NCBI GenBank assembly: GCA_052426225.1
Contig: JBNJNM010000008.1
Span: forward strand, 868,001 to 932,000
Length of the DNA: 64,000 nucleotides
Source of the DNA: Zancudomyces culisetae HAW-14-8
Lineage: Eukaryota; Fungi; Kickxellomycota
Direction of reading: 5' to 3'
A program made the position numbers and the translations under genes. A model generated the notes under the pieces. The model did not search any database. It saw only the letters and a program-made list of their open reading frames with translations, and was not told the DNA's origin. Below are positions 1-11,400 of this stretch, one piece after another (within the stretch, counting starts at the first letter, position 1; each line of letters opens with the position of its first letter).

Positions 1-67
1 CAAGATAAATCGCATTGAAAGTGTATAATCTCAACAAGTTCGCAAACAACAGAGCGAAAGTGCGAGG

Positions 68-1492
68 ATGGTTTTTTTGCTGAGCTCTGTAGCTCTTTCT
101 GGATTTAGTCTAATAATTCCGGTGATTTTTGGCAGCTGCTGTGGCAATGTGGTTTTTCTAGAGTCATTTCTAAAGTAAAGTATCATTTCTGAATTATTTC
201 TTCATGGCCGAGTCCTTAAGTGTATAATTAAATGTTGTTGATTCTCAGTACAACGAATTCAAGCATGTTTTTCCTTGGGCATTGAAATTATATAAAAAAT
301 AAGCAATTAATGCTAAAACGCTGTTGTAATATAGAACGAACAAAAACTGTGGTTCCTTGCTTACGTTTTTACAGTTTGTGCTACTAGCGCTGCTCACATT
401 TCCATTCCAGGCAAGGTTCGAAAAAACGAATAACAAATATATATTTTTCAAACTCAAACTAATTAAGGGGCATGTGCCGCTTAAAAAATGGTTTATCATG
501 GTTATAATGTACTATGCAAGCTCAATGTTCAACAACATAGCATATAACTGTAGTATATCTGTGCCGCTACACATTGTGTTCAGATCTAGTAGCTTGATTG
601 CGAGTATGCTGTTGGGAAAACTAATAATGAAGAAAAAGTATACGGTACGACAGCAAATTGCGGTGGTTATCGTCACAATCGGTGTAGTATGGGCCACATT
701 GGTTGCGCAAAAAGCTATGAAACACGATTCTAAGAACCTCAGGGACTCGACTATTGTAGCGGACGGGTTGGATGAAAGTACAAACAAATGGGCTTTTGGG
801 TTACTTGTTCTTTCCATGTCGGTTCTTACAGCTTCGTTTCTGGGTATCTATCAAGAGGGTTTGTATAAAAGATACGGCGGGGATTGGAAGGAGAGCATGT
901 TTTATTTGGTAAATATCTACTTTTATTACCACCTGAGATATTTACTGATACAAAAAAAATATAATAGCGGCAAAAAACTGTTCAAGTAATTCTATCTATA
1001 ATAACTTTAATTATCTTTCATGTATAGCATTTTCTTGCGCTTCCGCTTTTTTATTTTTCGTGGTCAGATATTAGGCAAGAATCGACAATAATAGGCCTCA
1101 ACTCGACAAACACATCATACAGCTTCAATGGGCAGGCAATACCAGCGGATGGCACTTGCAGCCCAAGTGGATTCCTATCTCTTCCAATTGTGTCGAGCAA
1201 CTGGTTTTATCTGATATCCATACTGGTATCCCAAATCATCTGTACAGTTTCTGTGAATCTCTTGGCGATAAAAACCACATCTTTGACGTTGAATCTTGTG
1301 CTTACCATGAGAAAAATGCTCAGTCTGGTTATTTCTTTTGTTATATTTAAAAGCAACAATTCCATTGGATTTGTCTTGGGGAGCCTACTTACTATTTTTG
1401 GAACATTCCTTTACGCTTACGACCATGCTGGTACCTTGAAGCTCATTTCTTACTTTAATAAGCGCACTGAGCGCAAAGAAAAGCGTGAATAA
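68..1492 (+). CDS. YEA4: UDP-N-acetylglucosamine/UDP-xylose transporter (YEA4/SLC35B4, UAA family); exons ~68-174, 335-908, 1028-1492
   Basis: Spliced translation gives IFGSCCGNVVFLE..GSLLTFLQF, ISVPLHIVFRSSSL, LGIYQEGLYKRYG..WKESMFY|HFLALP and TSLTLNLVLTMRKMLSL, all typical UAA-family motifs. Two GT-AG introns join the ORF fragments in frame. Confidence 0.9.
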
Positions 1493-1888
1493 GATACTTG
1501 GTTATGTAACTAGTAGTTTGTCAAATGTATAGAATTATTTTCTGTTATACCTATATTTTATTTTATTTTATTTTATTTTATTTTTGGTACTGTTTGTGTT
1601 ATATGCTAAAATTTAGCGAATTGATTTGTGTTTGAAAGAGCTAAGCATGAAATAAGTGGACGAGAATGAGATGAATTGAAGAGGTTAATAGGCGGCTATT
1701 ACGCCAAAAAATGCTAACTCCTTGAAATTACTAAAAGTGAATAAAATCAACCTCCACAGTTCATAGTATATTCGACCAGGTATTAATTCCAACAAGAAGC
1801 GTGATTCACATAGGTAAAGTCGCAGAAAAAAATCACATTACACGACATTGGCGAATAAAAAAACTCAAGTATACAATAGAGAAAAAGA

Positions 1889-3425
1889 ATGTTAAAGCAG
1901 TGTATTACCGCATTCCTGTTGTACCAGCTGCCATGCTTGGCAAAATTCGATTGCAGCAAATTGGCGATTGGAGACAATACATATGATTTTAGCGCACTCA
2001 ACACGTAAGAGCAGTAAAGATATTTTTAGTAATCATTTGTAATTGATAGTGAACATAATTAAAATGGAAAACATTCAAAAAAAAATAGGGAATTTAATGC
2101 CACTTTCAAAGTCCAAACTCCACCAACTCTGAATATCTTTTCATACACTATTAACATATGCGGAAAGCTAAAAGAGGATAGCGAACTTCCAGAAATAGAT
2201 CAATGTCCAAAGGGAACATGGGGCTGTAGAAAAGTGACTAATTTCAAGGAGGAGAAACCTAGGGTAGTCGAAGTGGGCTCATTTGCTGGCGGTAGTAGTA
2301 GCAGTGGCGCTGAAGAACCAACTATTATTCATAAAGAGAAAAGCGAGGGATCAGAGGGTTAGTATTAGCACCAGAATTCTTGATATTTGATGTATTCTTA
2401 AATATTGGTATTCCTGAGTTTACTTAGCGAAGCACGATATATGGGAGAACCCTTCAACTAATACAACAATAATTATTGTACAACAATAGGAGGCTATTTT
2501 TGGAAGATGGAGGGACAAAAGTTAAACAACGAGGTTTTATCAGCTGAAATCAGTCTTCGCTGTAATGATACACACACCGACACCGTACGTATTCCCAAGT
2601 TTTTTTAACCATTACTATATATATTTTTTATAAACTTTCATAATATATGTGCGTATGTGTATGTATGATACTCAATGTCTTGGTACCAACCGAATAAAAT
2701 TGTAGGAATATGGCTTATCAAAAGTGATTTTTAAGGACAACCACTTTACCGCAGAGCTTTACACCAAGGAGTTTTGCGAGTAAGTATAGAAACAAAATGT
2801 GTTTTTATGATTGGTATCGGATCAACACCAATAAAAAAGTTAAGAATGTTAAATTGACGATGGTTAATGTAGACTCTATAAAAAGCCAGAGGGTGATAAG
2901 CCAGGAGAAAAAGAGCCAGAAAAAAAGAAGCCGGAAGATGGCGACAAAAAGAAAAAGGAATCGTGGGGTTTCTTTTCGACAGTTCTATTTTTGTAAGTAT
3001 TCTTGTAGCTTTAAGATGTTAAGGTAGTTCTGTGTTTATCATGTAATATTTATTTGAACTATATGAAATATAGCATGTTTTCGATCCTGGTGATATATTT
3101 CCTCGTGGGAATGATCTACAACCACTATGTAGTTGGGTATACAGGTTTGGATATTATACCAAACAGAGGCAAGTCACCTAAATATCATACATTTTTTTAA
3201 TAAAAAGCCGCAGAAAATTCATGTGTTTGGTTTGATAATACTCAAATAGATTTCTGGTTCGAACTCCCTCGACTGACTATTGTAAGCCATATACTATGTT
3301 GATTGATATATCGTGAGTTATTAGGCATCTCTAACATTAACGTTTTTGTACAAATATAGGACTTTTTCCGGCACTTGTATGACATGGTCGCCAGACCAAG
3401 CCGCAGTGGCTACAACACAATCTAG
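1889..3425 (+). CDS. ATG27: Autophagy-related protein 27 (M6PR-like type I membrane protein), missed by the ORF track; 8 exons ~1889-2004, 2089-2357, 2490-2584, 2706-2779, 2873-2992, 3074-3168, 3250-3281, 3360-3425
   Basis: Manual splicing gives a signal peptide (MLKQCITAFLLYQLPCLA), a Cys-containing luminal domain (FDC..YDFSAL, TPPT..INICG..DQCPKGTWGC), a K/E linker, SWGFFS plus a TM helix, YNHYVVGYTGLDIIPNRDFW, and a C-terminal YxxPhi sorting motif GYNTI*. Confidence 0.85.
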
Positions 3426-4093
3426 ACGGTTTGTTGGTTTTAGATGCTTTAATCAAAGTCTCTGGTTTTAATATTATTTTCAAAAAATATAAAAGTTAAT
3501 ATTTTTCGTATTGGTTTTATCATTTAAGGGTGCTACCACAAACATCCCGGTGTTGAAAGTAAAGGGATAATAAATCAATATTAGGAAGGTATAATAAATA
3601 AAATACACGTTCAGTTGGATTTTTTTGTTTTTTCTGGATTTTTTGAAGCGACATATCCTAGTACAGGAATAGTAAATGTACAAAAGCAAGCGGTATGGGA
3701 CAGGAAACGAAGTGTTATACATGCTTTATACAATAGTTTGGCATGCTTAGTATTTATAAGAGAAAATTATAAATGGAAAAATCAGCTTTGATGTGACTTT
3801 CTCACAAATAATTTCACGAATAAGGTTTGGCGCAGTTACAAAATAAATTGAACAAAAAGCTTGAACTGGATTATTTTTTATTTGCTGTTGTGATATTGTT
3901 CCCAGTGATTGTTTGTGCAAAATAATAATAATAATAATAATAATATAAATAGTTCAAAAGTATCGAGTCTGAGCAGTAGTAGATAGTAGGAATATATAGA
4001 ATTCTAGTAGGGTTTTGTAAAAATACAAATACATATAGGGTCATAAAAAACAATAAAAAAGAAAAGGCATAGAAAAGGGCGCTAACACAGAAA

Positions 4094-7000
4094 ATGTCGG
4101 GAATCGGAACGTATTTCTTGTCTTCCATTTCGAACATAGTGATGGGTACAAAGATACCCAATTTTCCATACACTATTGGTGAGCTAGTTATGGAATACGA
4201 GGGCAGGTCCATGTGGAGTTTGTACAACGGAACCAAAAATGTGAGTTTATGCTTGTAAAGCGTTATTGAATATATTTGGAGTCATCACTATAAAAAGAAA
4301 GTATAAAAATGCAAATTTACAATATATAAAAGAATAACTAAAGGTTGCAATGATAACAATGGTAATAGGACGATAAGAGCGAAGTTTCGATTTTTGTGTT
4401 TAAAGGGAAAGAACCTGGCTTGCAGCGAGAACTGGCAAATAATGGTCTAAAAAGATTGAAAACACTGCGACATCCTGACTATTTGCTGTACATTGGTTCG
4501 GCAGAGACGCCCGAGGCTATATATGTGGCAACAGAGAAAGTGTATCCATTTTCAGAGAATATAATAAACAAAGAAAATGGAATATTTTTTGATTGGGGTT
4601 TATACAAATTATTCGTAAGTATAACGTCTATTTATATGCAACATTTTCATTTGTATTTAGTGAGGAAGGGGCGGAGGGTGAATATTGAAAATGACTTTTA
4701 ATATTGTCTTGAACTATACAATCTGATTTGGTGTAAAAAAAAACTGTAGAGAGGATTGAGATTTCTGAACAAGGAGTGTAGACTAGTGCATGGAAATGTA
4801 CAAAAGACTTCAATATTTCTGACTAAGGCTAATGAGTGGAAGCTAGGAGGATTTGATTTGGTGGATAGCGTTGAATCTGTTAATCCTAGGTTTGCGGTAA
4901 GTAGCACAATGGCTAGAACGGCGATAAATATCATACTTGAGTTGCTTTGATGTATATATGATTACAGCCAAAACAGAAAATAAAAAAAGTAGTGCTATGG
5001 TGAATAAAGTTGAGTAACGTTTTTTGATTGATAATTTGCAACCATAGGAAATTGGAAGTTTAGGGTCGATATATTCTAGTATTACAACGCCAGAGGTGCG
5101 AAATAGAACAACCAATATACTGAAAAAGTAAGAGAACACTATTGAAATAGGCTTAAGAGTCGGGCGATGTTAATATTAACAGTATTGATGAAAAACATTA
5201 GAGTTGATATCGGGGTTACAGATGCGTATCAGGTTGGAAAGCTAATAAACCAACTGATTAGTGGTAAAAATATGAATAACACTGAGGTAAGACTAAGGTG
5301 GTGAAAGGAGCGATGGATTTATGATATTTGCCGGTTGTACAAATGTGAATATAGAGATTATCACAAAATAGAAATTGAAACGACTCACGCAAAAGATGGT
5401 TATGGAGAATGGGCTTCAAAGGATGAATATAAGCGATGCTATGGATGAATTGATGATGCCCAATGGAGCGCTCAACACGATTTTTGTGCAGCTCAATTTG
5501 TTTATGGAGGAAATATCGGTAAAAACACCAGAGCAGATAGTTGAATTTGTAAAGTAAGTTTTGGTGGAGTTAGGGGAGGAGAATATAGCAGGATATGGTT
5601 TTAAAGAGAATAGAAGTTCTTTTTTTTGAGACTAACGAGTTGTTTTGTCAAATAGAAATCTGAACGAAAAGTATGAAACGATTCCACAAGAGTATATGCA
5701 GTACAAGGTATTGCCAGAACTCCTGAAAATTGTAGGGATAGGGGGAGGAGACATCCAAGTAATTAAGGCAATAATTCGAATAGGAAAGTCGCTAAAAAAG
5801 GAGGAATATGAAGCGACTGTGACACCAAAGATTATAGAAATGTTTGGTTCAAACGATCGAAAGCTCCGATACAATCTTCTGAGGAGTTTAAACGATATAC
5901 TGGGACAAGAAAACGAGAATATGTCAGGAGAAACGCTGGTCAAAGGCGTGTTTAGCAACTACTTGACGGGATTTCAGGACATGTCACCAGCAATCCGCGA
6001 GGAAACAGCCAAGGCGTCGATACTCTTTGCAAAACATTTAGGGGAAAAGGCTATAAACGGCGATTTGATACGGAACGTGTCAAGGCTCGGGTCGTCGGAC
6101 CCGGAGCCTGGCATCCGTGCAAATTCATTGGTTTGTATAGGCAAGCTGTCTAATCAGTTGACGGAAAAGGCAATGCAGTATATCGTGACACCTGTTTTGC
6201 TGACAGCGCTTAAGGATCAGTTTCCACCGGCCAGGGTTGCATCGCTGAAGGTGATTATTGCGTGTTCAAAGAAAATCGACGCTGTTGAACTTGTCAGGAA
6301 GGTGATTCCAATGATATGTCAATTATTATTGGATAGCGAAAAGAGTGTTAGGGAAGCTGCGAGAGGAACAATTAATGTGTTGTTGGGTATAGTTGATGAG
6401 TATTGTAAAAAATTGCCCGATACAACCGTTCCATTGGCAAACACAAATACAAATAAAAGTACAGCCGGGGCTGCGGTAGCTGCGAATGGCTCCTCTGGTG
6501 GTGGAGCTGCTAAGCAGGATGGACTATCGGCAGCAATTCAAAACAAATTGGTAGAAACAGTTACTGAAGGCATTAATTGGTGGGGCGGGTCTGGATCGAG
6601 TCATGCAGATGTGGATACCAGCATTAAAGCTGACACAGACTCAAATGTAATTGCGGATACCAACACAAGCACCACCGAAAACAAGGACACAAGTAAGAAT
6701 TCTACTGCTGGACTCAAACCCATGTCACTGACCAACAAAAAACCGGCAATCAACAAAACGTTTGAGTACAACAGCTATGGTGATGACGCGTTTGGGGTAC
6801 AAGAAAACAAACAAGGCGCACAGGATTTGCTGGGCTGGAATGAAAATTTAGATTTTGAACTCGACTTTGAACCAATAGACAAACCGATAGCTTCACCGAC
6901 ATTCCCGGTGATGACACCTCAACAAAAGCCACTGTCGAGTCCAATGCAATCAAGTCATAATACTGGGAATAAAGGTTTGGGGGGCTCATCGATATTAGAC

Positions 7001-7309
7001 AAGTTTATTCTTGATCAACAGAAGGAAGAGATGGAGAAAAAGACAAGAGTACATTCACAGCCCCCATTCCAACAAACACAGCAACAACAGGGGCCCAGGA
7101 GTGGGAGTATGGGATTAGGCATGGGAATGGGAATGGGAATGGGACTTGGAGCGAATGCCAATGGTACCAATAGTACCAATAGTACCAATAGTCCAAGTAC
7201 AGGTCCAGGGTTTGGATTTGGAAGCATTGGTGCAAGCAGCAGCACTGGTGGTGGTGGTGGTAGTAGCAGTAGAAAAAAGAAGATGGGAGCCATTAAACTA
7301 AATAAATGA
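4094..7309 (+). CDS. CEX1: SCYL1/CEX1-like pseudokinase with HEAT repeats; exons ~4094-4240, 4369-4614, 4750-4896, 5048-5127, 5202-5286, 5372-5553, 5656-7309
   Basis: NFPYTIGE..WSLYNGTK, LKRLKTLRHP, VHGNV..SIF..EWKLGGFDL (degenerate kinase), HEAT region DPEPGIRAN..LKDQFPPAR, disordered tail ending KKMGAIKL. GT-AG introns are in frame. Confidence 0.88.
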
Positions 7310-7868
7310 TAAAGATATTCTTGAGAGGTTTATTTATTCATTTACTTTTTTTTTTTTAAATCGTTTTTTCCAGAGTGGAAACATAATAGTTAGATCTAAT
7401 TATTTTTTTTTTTACCCTTTTATTTCCAGTATTTTATATTTTTTCTGTTTGGTAAAAGTATAAAAAGGTAAAATGGAAAAAAAAAAAGATCCTTTGTTAA
7501 CAGGAGAAGTTGGAAGGGGTGAGGTGAAGGTGAGGTGAAGGCGGAGGTTTTAAATATACAGCACTTTAGAATTATGGATCGAATTATTATTTATTTATTT
7601 TTGAACAAGTTTCCGCAAGATTGTATAAATTGATATTGAAATCAAAATACAAATACAAATACAAATACAAATACAAAAATATAATAAAATATAAAAAAAA
7701 AATTTTTTTTCTTTTTTTCTTTTTTTCTTTTTTTCTTTTTTTTTTCTTTGTTCCTGTTACTGACATATATTAATTATAGACAACATTTTTTATCCAAATA
7801 TATAAAATTATAATACTAGTAAATACAAATAAATATATAGAATCAAAAACCAAAAACTCAATAAAAAG

Positions 7869-8274
7869 ATGAGCGGAAATCAACAAAACCCAAAGGAATA
7901 CGTAATTTTAAGAGTCCCTAAAAAGGTAACATGAAATTTCCTCTTCTGTCAATTTCATAACTTTTATATCGTTAAATACAGTTATATATTACATTTTTAT
8001 AATAAATGACCATGATTAATTTAAATGTGTTAAATATATATAGTATAATATACAACAATTGCAAAACAAATCGCTCAACTCCTCGGAATTCATCCAAATC
8101 ATCGATCCAAACTCATCTTCAAATTCCGAAAAAACACAAACACAAGGTGTGTTTGGAGTAAACAGCGAAATGCTCAACTTTCGAATAATCGACAACCCCA
8201 GCAGCGGAAATAGTAGTGCCGAAGAGAATAAAGTATATCACTACTATTCTCTAGCCAACAAAGAAACCGTATAA
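7869..8274 (+). CDS. Small hypothetical protein (~95 aa), exons 7869-7925 and 8044-8274
   Basis: ATG in an A-rich context, MSGNQQNPKEYVILRVPKK, then a phase-0 GT..AG intron (7926-8043) joining in frame to ORF 8059-8274. Confidence 0.55.
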
Positions 8275-8400
8275 AACCTTATTAAAATCCGTTCTTAAAA
8301 ACCCTTTCTTTCCCCTTTCCCCTTTCTTTTTTACCTTTTATCTTTTCTTTTTTCTGTTTTGATTTGATTTTTACTATATATATAGAATGTTTTTTTTTGC

Positions 8401-11400
8401 TTAGGAATTACGGGCTTGTTGGTAGGCCAATTGTATTTGTTTCTTCATTGCAGAATTTCGAGATATTCTGGCTTTTTTCAGCTGCTCATCCAACTCTGGA
8501 TCGACACCCAACCTCAATAACCTGTATGGAGCCAACCATTTCCAAGTCCTAGGCCGCCTCTTCTTTTGCGCATCCGGTACATCAGAAGGTAGAACCACAT
8601 TGTCATAGAAATAAACCAGTACAAAGACATCGTTTCCCGTAGCCTTTTGTTGCTTGGCCTTGTCTTCGTGCACCTGTTTAGGAACATCCTTGCTCTTTCC
8701 ATCATAAATTTCAGCAGGATACCATGGGAACGACTGCATCAATGCCCACACAGGAGTTCCCACACTCCAAGATTCGGGCGGAGTAGTAAAGATTGCGGGT
8801 GAGGAGTTTGGAAGGGAGTAAACACCATCGATTTTTTTCGACTTTGGGCGGTAAAAATGGATAATAGGTGATGTAGCCTTTTCTTTTTCTTTTTCTTTCT
8901 CCTTTTCTTTTTCTTTCTTTTCCACCACATTTATTTCATGGTTTTCTATTTCAACAGGTTGTTCAACCTTTGGTGTAGTGTCAGGCAAGGGCTGTGGTTT
9001 TGCTTCACGCGACCGCAAAGTTCGGCCATTGATGTTGGTAGAGTTCTTTAGATTTTCAGTATTGTTTTCGTCCAATAAAGATTTTAGCAGCTGGATATCC
9101 GACTTTATTACACTTTCATTATCTACAGTGCAAGTAGAATTCACAGACGTGGATGTATTGGTAGTTGTTGGGAGGGTGGAGGGAGGCGCTGTAATGATAA
9201 GGTTTCTTAGTGTTCGAAGAAGTGTAAAGTTGGGATTGGGTGGGTTTGATGATCGTTTTTTATCACGAGCTTTGTTTTTGCTGTTTTGAGAAGAGGATGA
9301 CTGGCGATAAACAGAGTTGACAAGTCTAGACTTATCGGGAAATACCAAAGCAGGAACACTGGAATTGTCACTTTTATTATTGGCGGATTTGACACTGGAT
9401 TCAGAGTGAGGTTGAATATTCTCGGTAATATTTTTTGAGGTGTCAGATTGAAGATTTTCACCATCAACAGCTGGAGATAAAGTGGTGTTCATATTTGGGT
9501 TATCAGAGTTGGAACCAAGTGCGGTATTAACGAGCGTATTTTTGGGTGGAGGTGTAAGCGTCGAAGAAATGGGTATTGAGATATCAAAGTTCAGAGCAAT
9601 TGAATTAATCAGAGAAGCCCATTGGCTGTGTAAAGATTGATTGACAGTCAACAGCTGGGAATCGGATAGCTTGCGTTCGTATTTGGAGTTGGAGGGATAA
9701 GCACCAAGTGGGAAAAAGGAAGAGGGATCATCAGGATTGGAGGTGGATAGAACAACGTCATTTTGAGAGATTTCATTGATGAGGTCGGTGGTCATTTTCC
9801 TGAACCGCTTGGCAAGGTTGTGGTGATAGGAACGAGGTTCGTTGTAGCGCATGCAATTGGCCCAGATTAAATTGAGATCAGAGTGGAACTGGTCGAGCGA
9901 GAGGTAGCGGCAATTGATTACATTATCGAGAACAGTTTGTAGACACATGGGGCGGTCAATCAGCCGATAGTAGTCGGGAGCATCGTCCTGGCTTACAGGA
10001 TTCCAAAACGAATCTTGCTTATCTTTGTCTTTAAGAAAGTAAATGGCATCGATCATCAGCTGACGGAGCGGAGAGGCAAAGCCAAAGATAGACTTGGCAG
10101 TGTTGTTGAGAAGTTGGAGCTTGAGTTGCTCACGAAGAAGAACAAGATGTAGAATAGAACGTAACTGGGACAGATGAGATCTAATGGCATTTGCAGCAGC
10201 CATCTGGTCAGGGTCGGAGGAAAGCAGAGGAGGGGGAGAGTTTAGAGAGTTTGGCCAGGGCTCGATGTGTAGACGCTTAAGCAAAGGAGCACCATGACGT
10301 TGGCGTTTTTTAAGGGCCCAGTATCTGGACAACAGAGTAGCAAAATGAGACCATTGGGAAGAATGTTTGGAGTAGGAAGGAACAGAAGAGGCTAGGTGGG
10401 CAAGCAGTTTATCAAAGACAAATTTGTTGAGAACAGGGGCGTGAGGATCAAAGACACGCATGGTAGCATCGAGACTGGGGTTTGGTTTTGGAGGATCAGA
10501 AGGAGACGAGAGGGAAGGAGACGAAGAGGTGGTGGTAGTGGGGTGGGGTGGGGCGAGTTGGGGAGAGAGTTGAGGCAGATGAACGAGTTTGCGGGGACGG
10601 CCGCGTTTTCTGGGGGAGGAGACAGGGCTTGCGGATTTGAGTTGGCCGGCAAACATGCGGATGTTGAGAGAGTTTGCGGCAGAGTCTTCGTGATTGACAA
10701 GATTGAGGCTAGACAAACCAAGTAGTTTTCGAGGCGCGTTGAGGTCGAGAGGACGAGGAAGATCGGGAGGAGAGTGACGAGAGCAAAAGACAACAAACTC
10801 AGGCTCGTTGGAGGACTTGAGTTGCATTTTCATATAGAGTCTGGCTCTGCGGGCACACATGACATGGAAGGCAGTGAGGCATTGGCGTTGCGAGCATTGA
10901 ATACAGGCACCATCGCGTAGACCACACAGACCGCAGACAAGATTCCAGCGCGATTTGGGGATTTTGGAGACAGAGTCGATGGGCTCCATATAGACAGAGT
11001 TGAGGATTCCAACCTCAGGAATCCACAAGGCACACAACAGATGCGCCCACAGATTGTTGACAGTCTTTTTAAACGCGCCTCCATGCTGTGGACACAACAC
11101 ACACCGCACATCTTTGTCTGGCGAAAGAAGACACTTGCGACACAGCCACTGGCCTTCGGGAATATACGGCACGCCATAGCAGTCCTGGTGCACAGCCAAA
11201 TTGCAGCCGTCGCAAAACACAATCACATTGCTGTTGTCGCACTCCTCCTCTTCACAAATTGCGCATGCCGCGTCTTCTGGTGGCAGCTGCGCAAGATTGC
11301 GGGCCGTCAGCTCGCTCTGCACATCCCGCACTATCCCAAACCACTCGCGTTCCAGCACGCCTATCATCTCCTCAAACTGCTCCTCTGTCACCTCCAGCCG

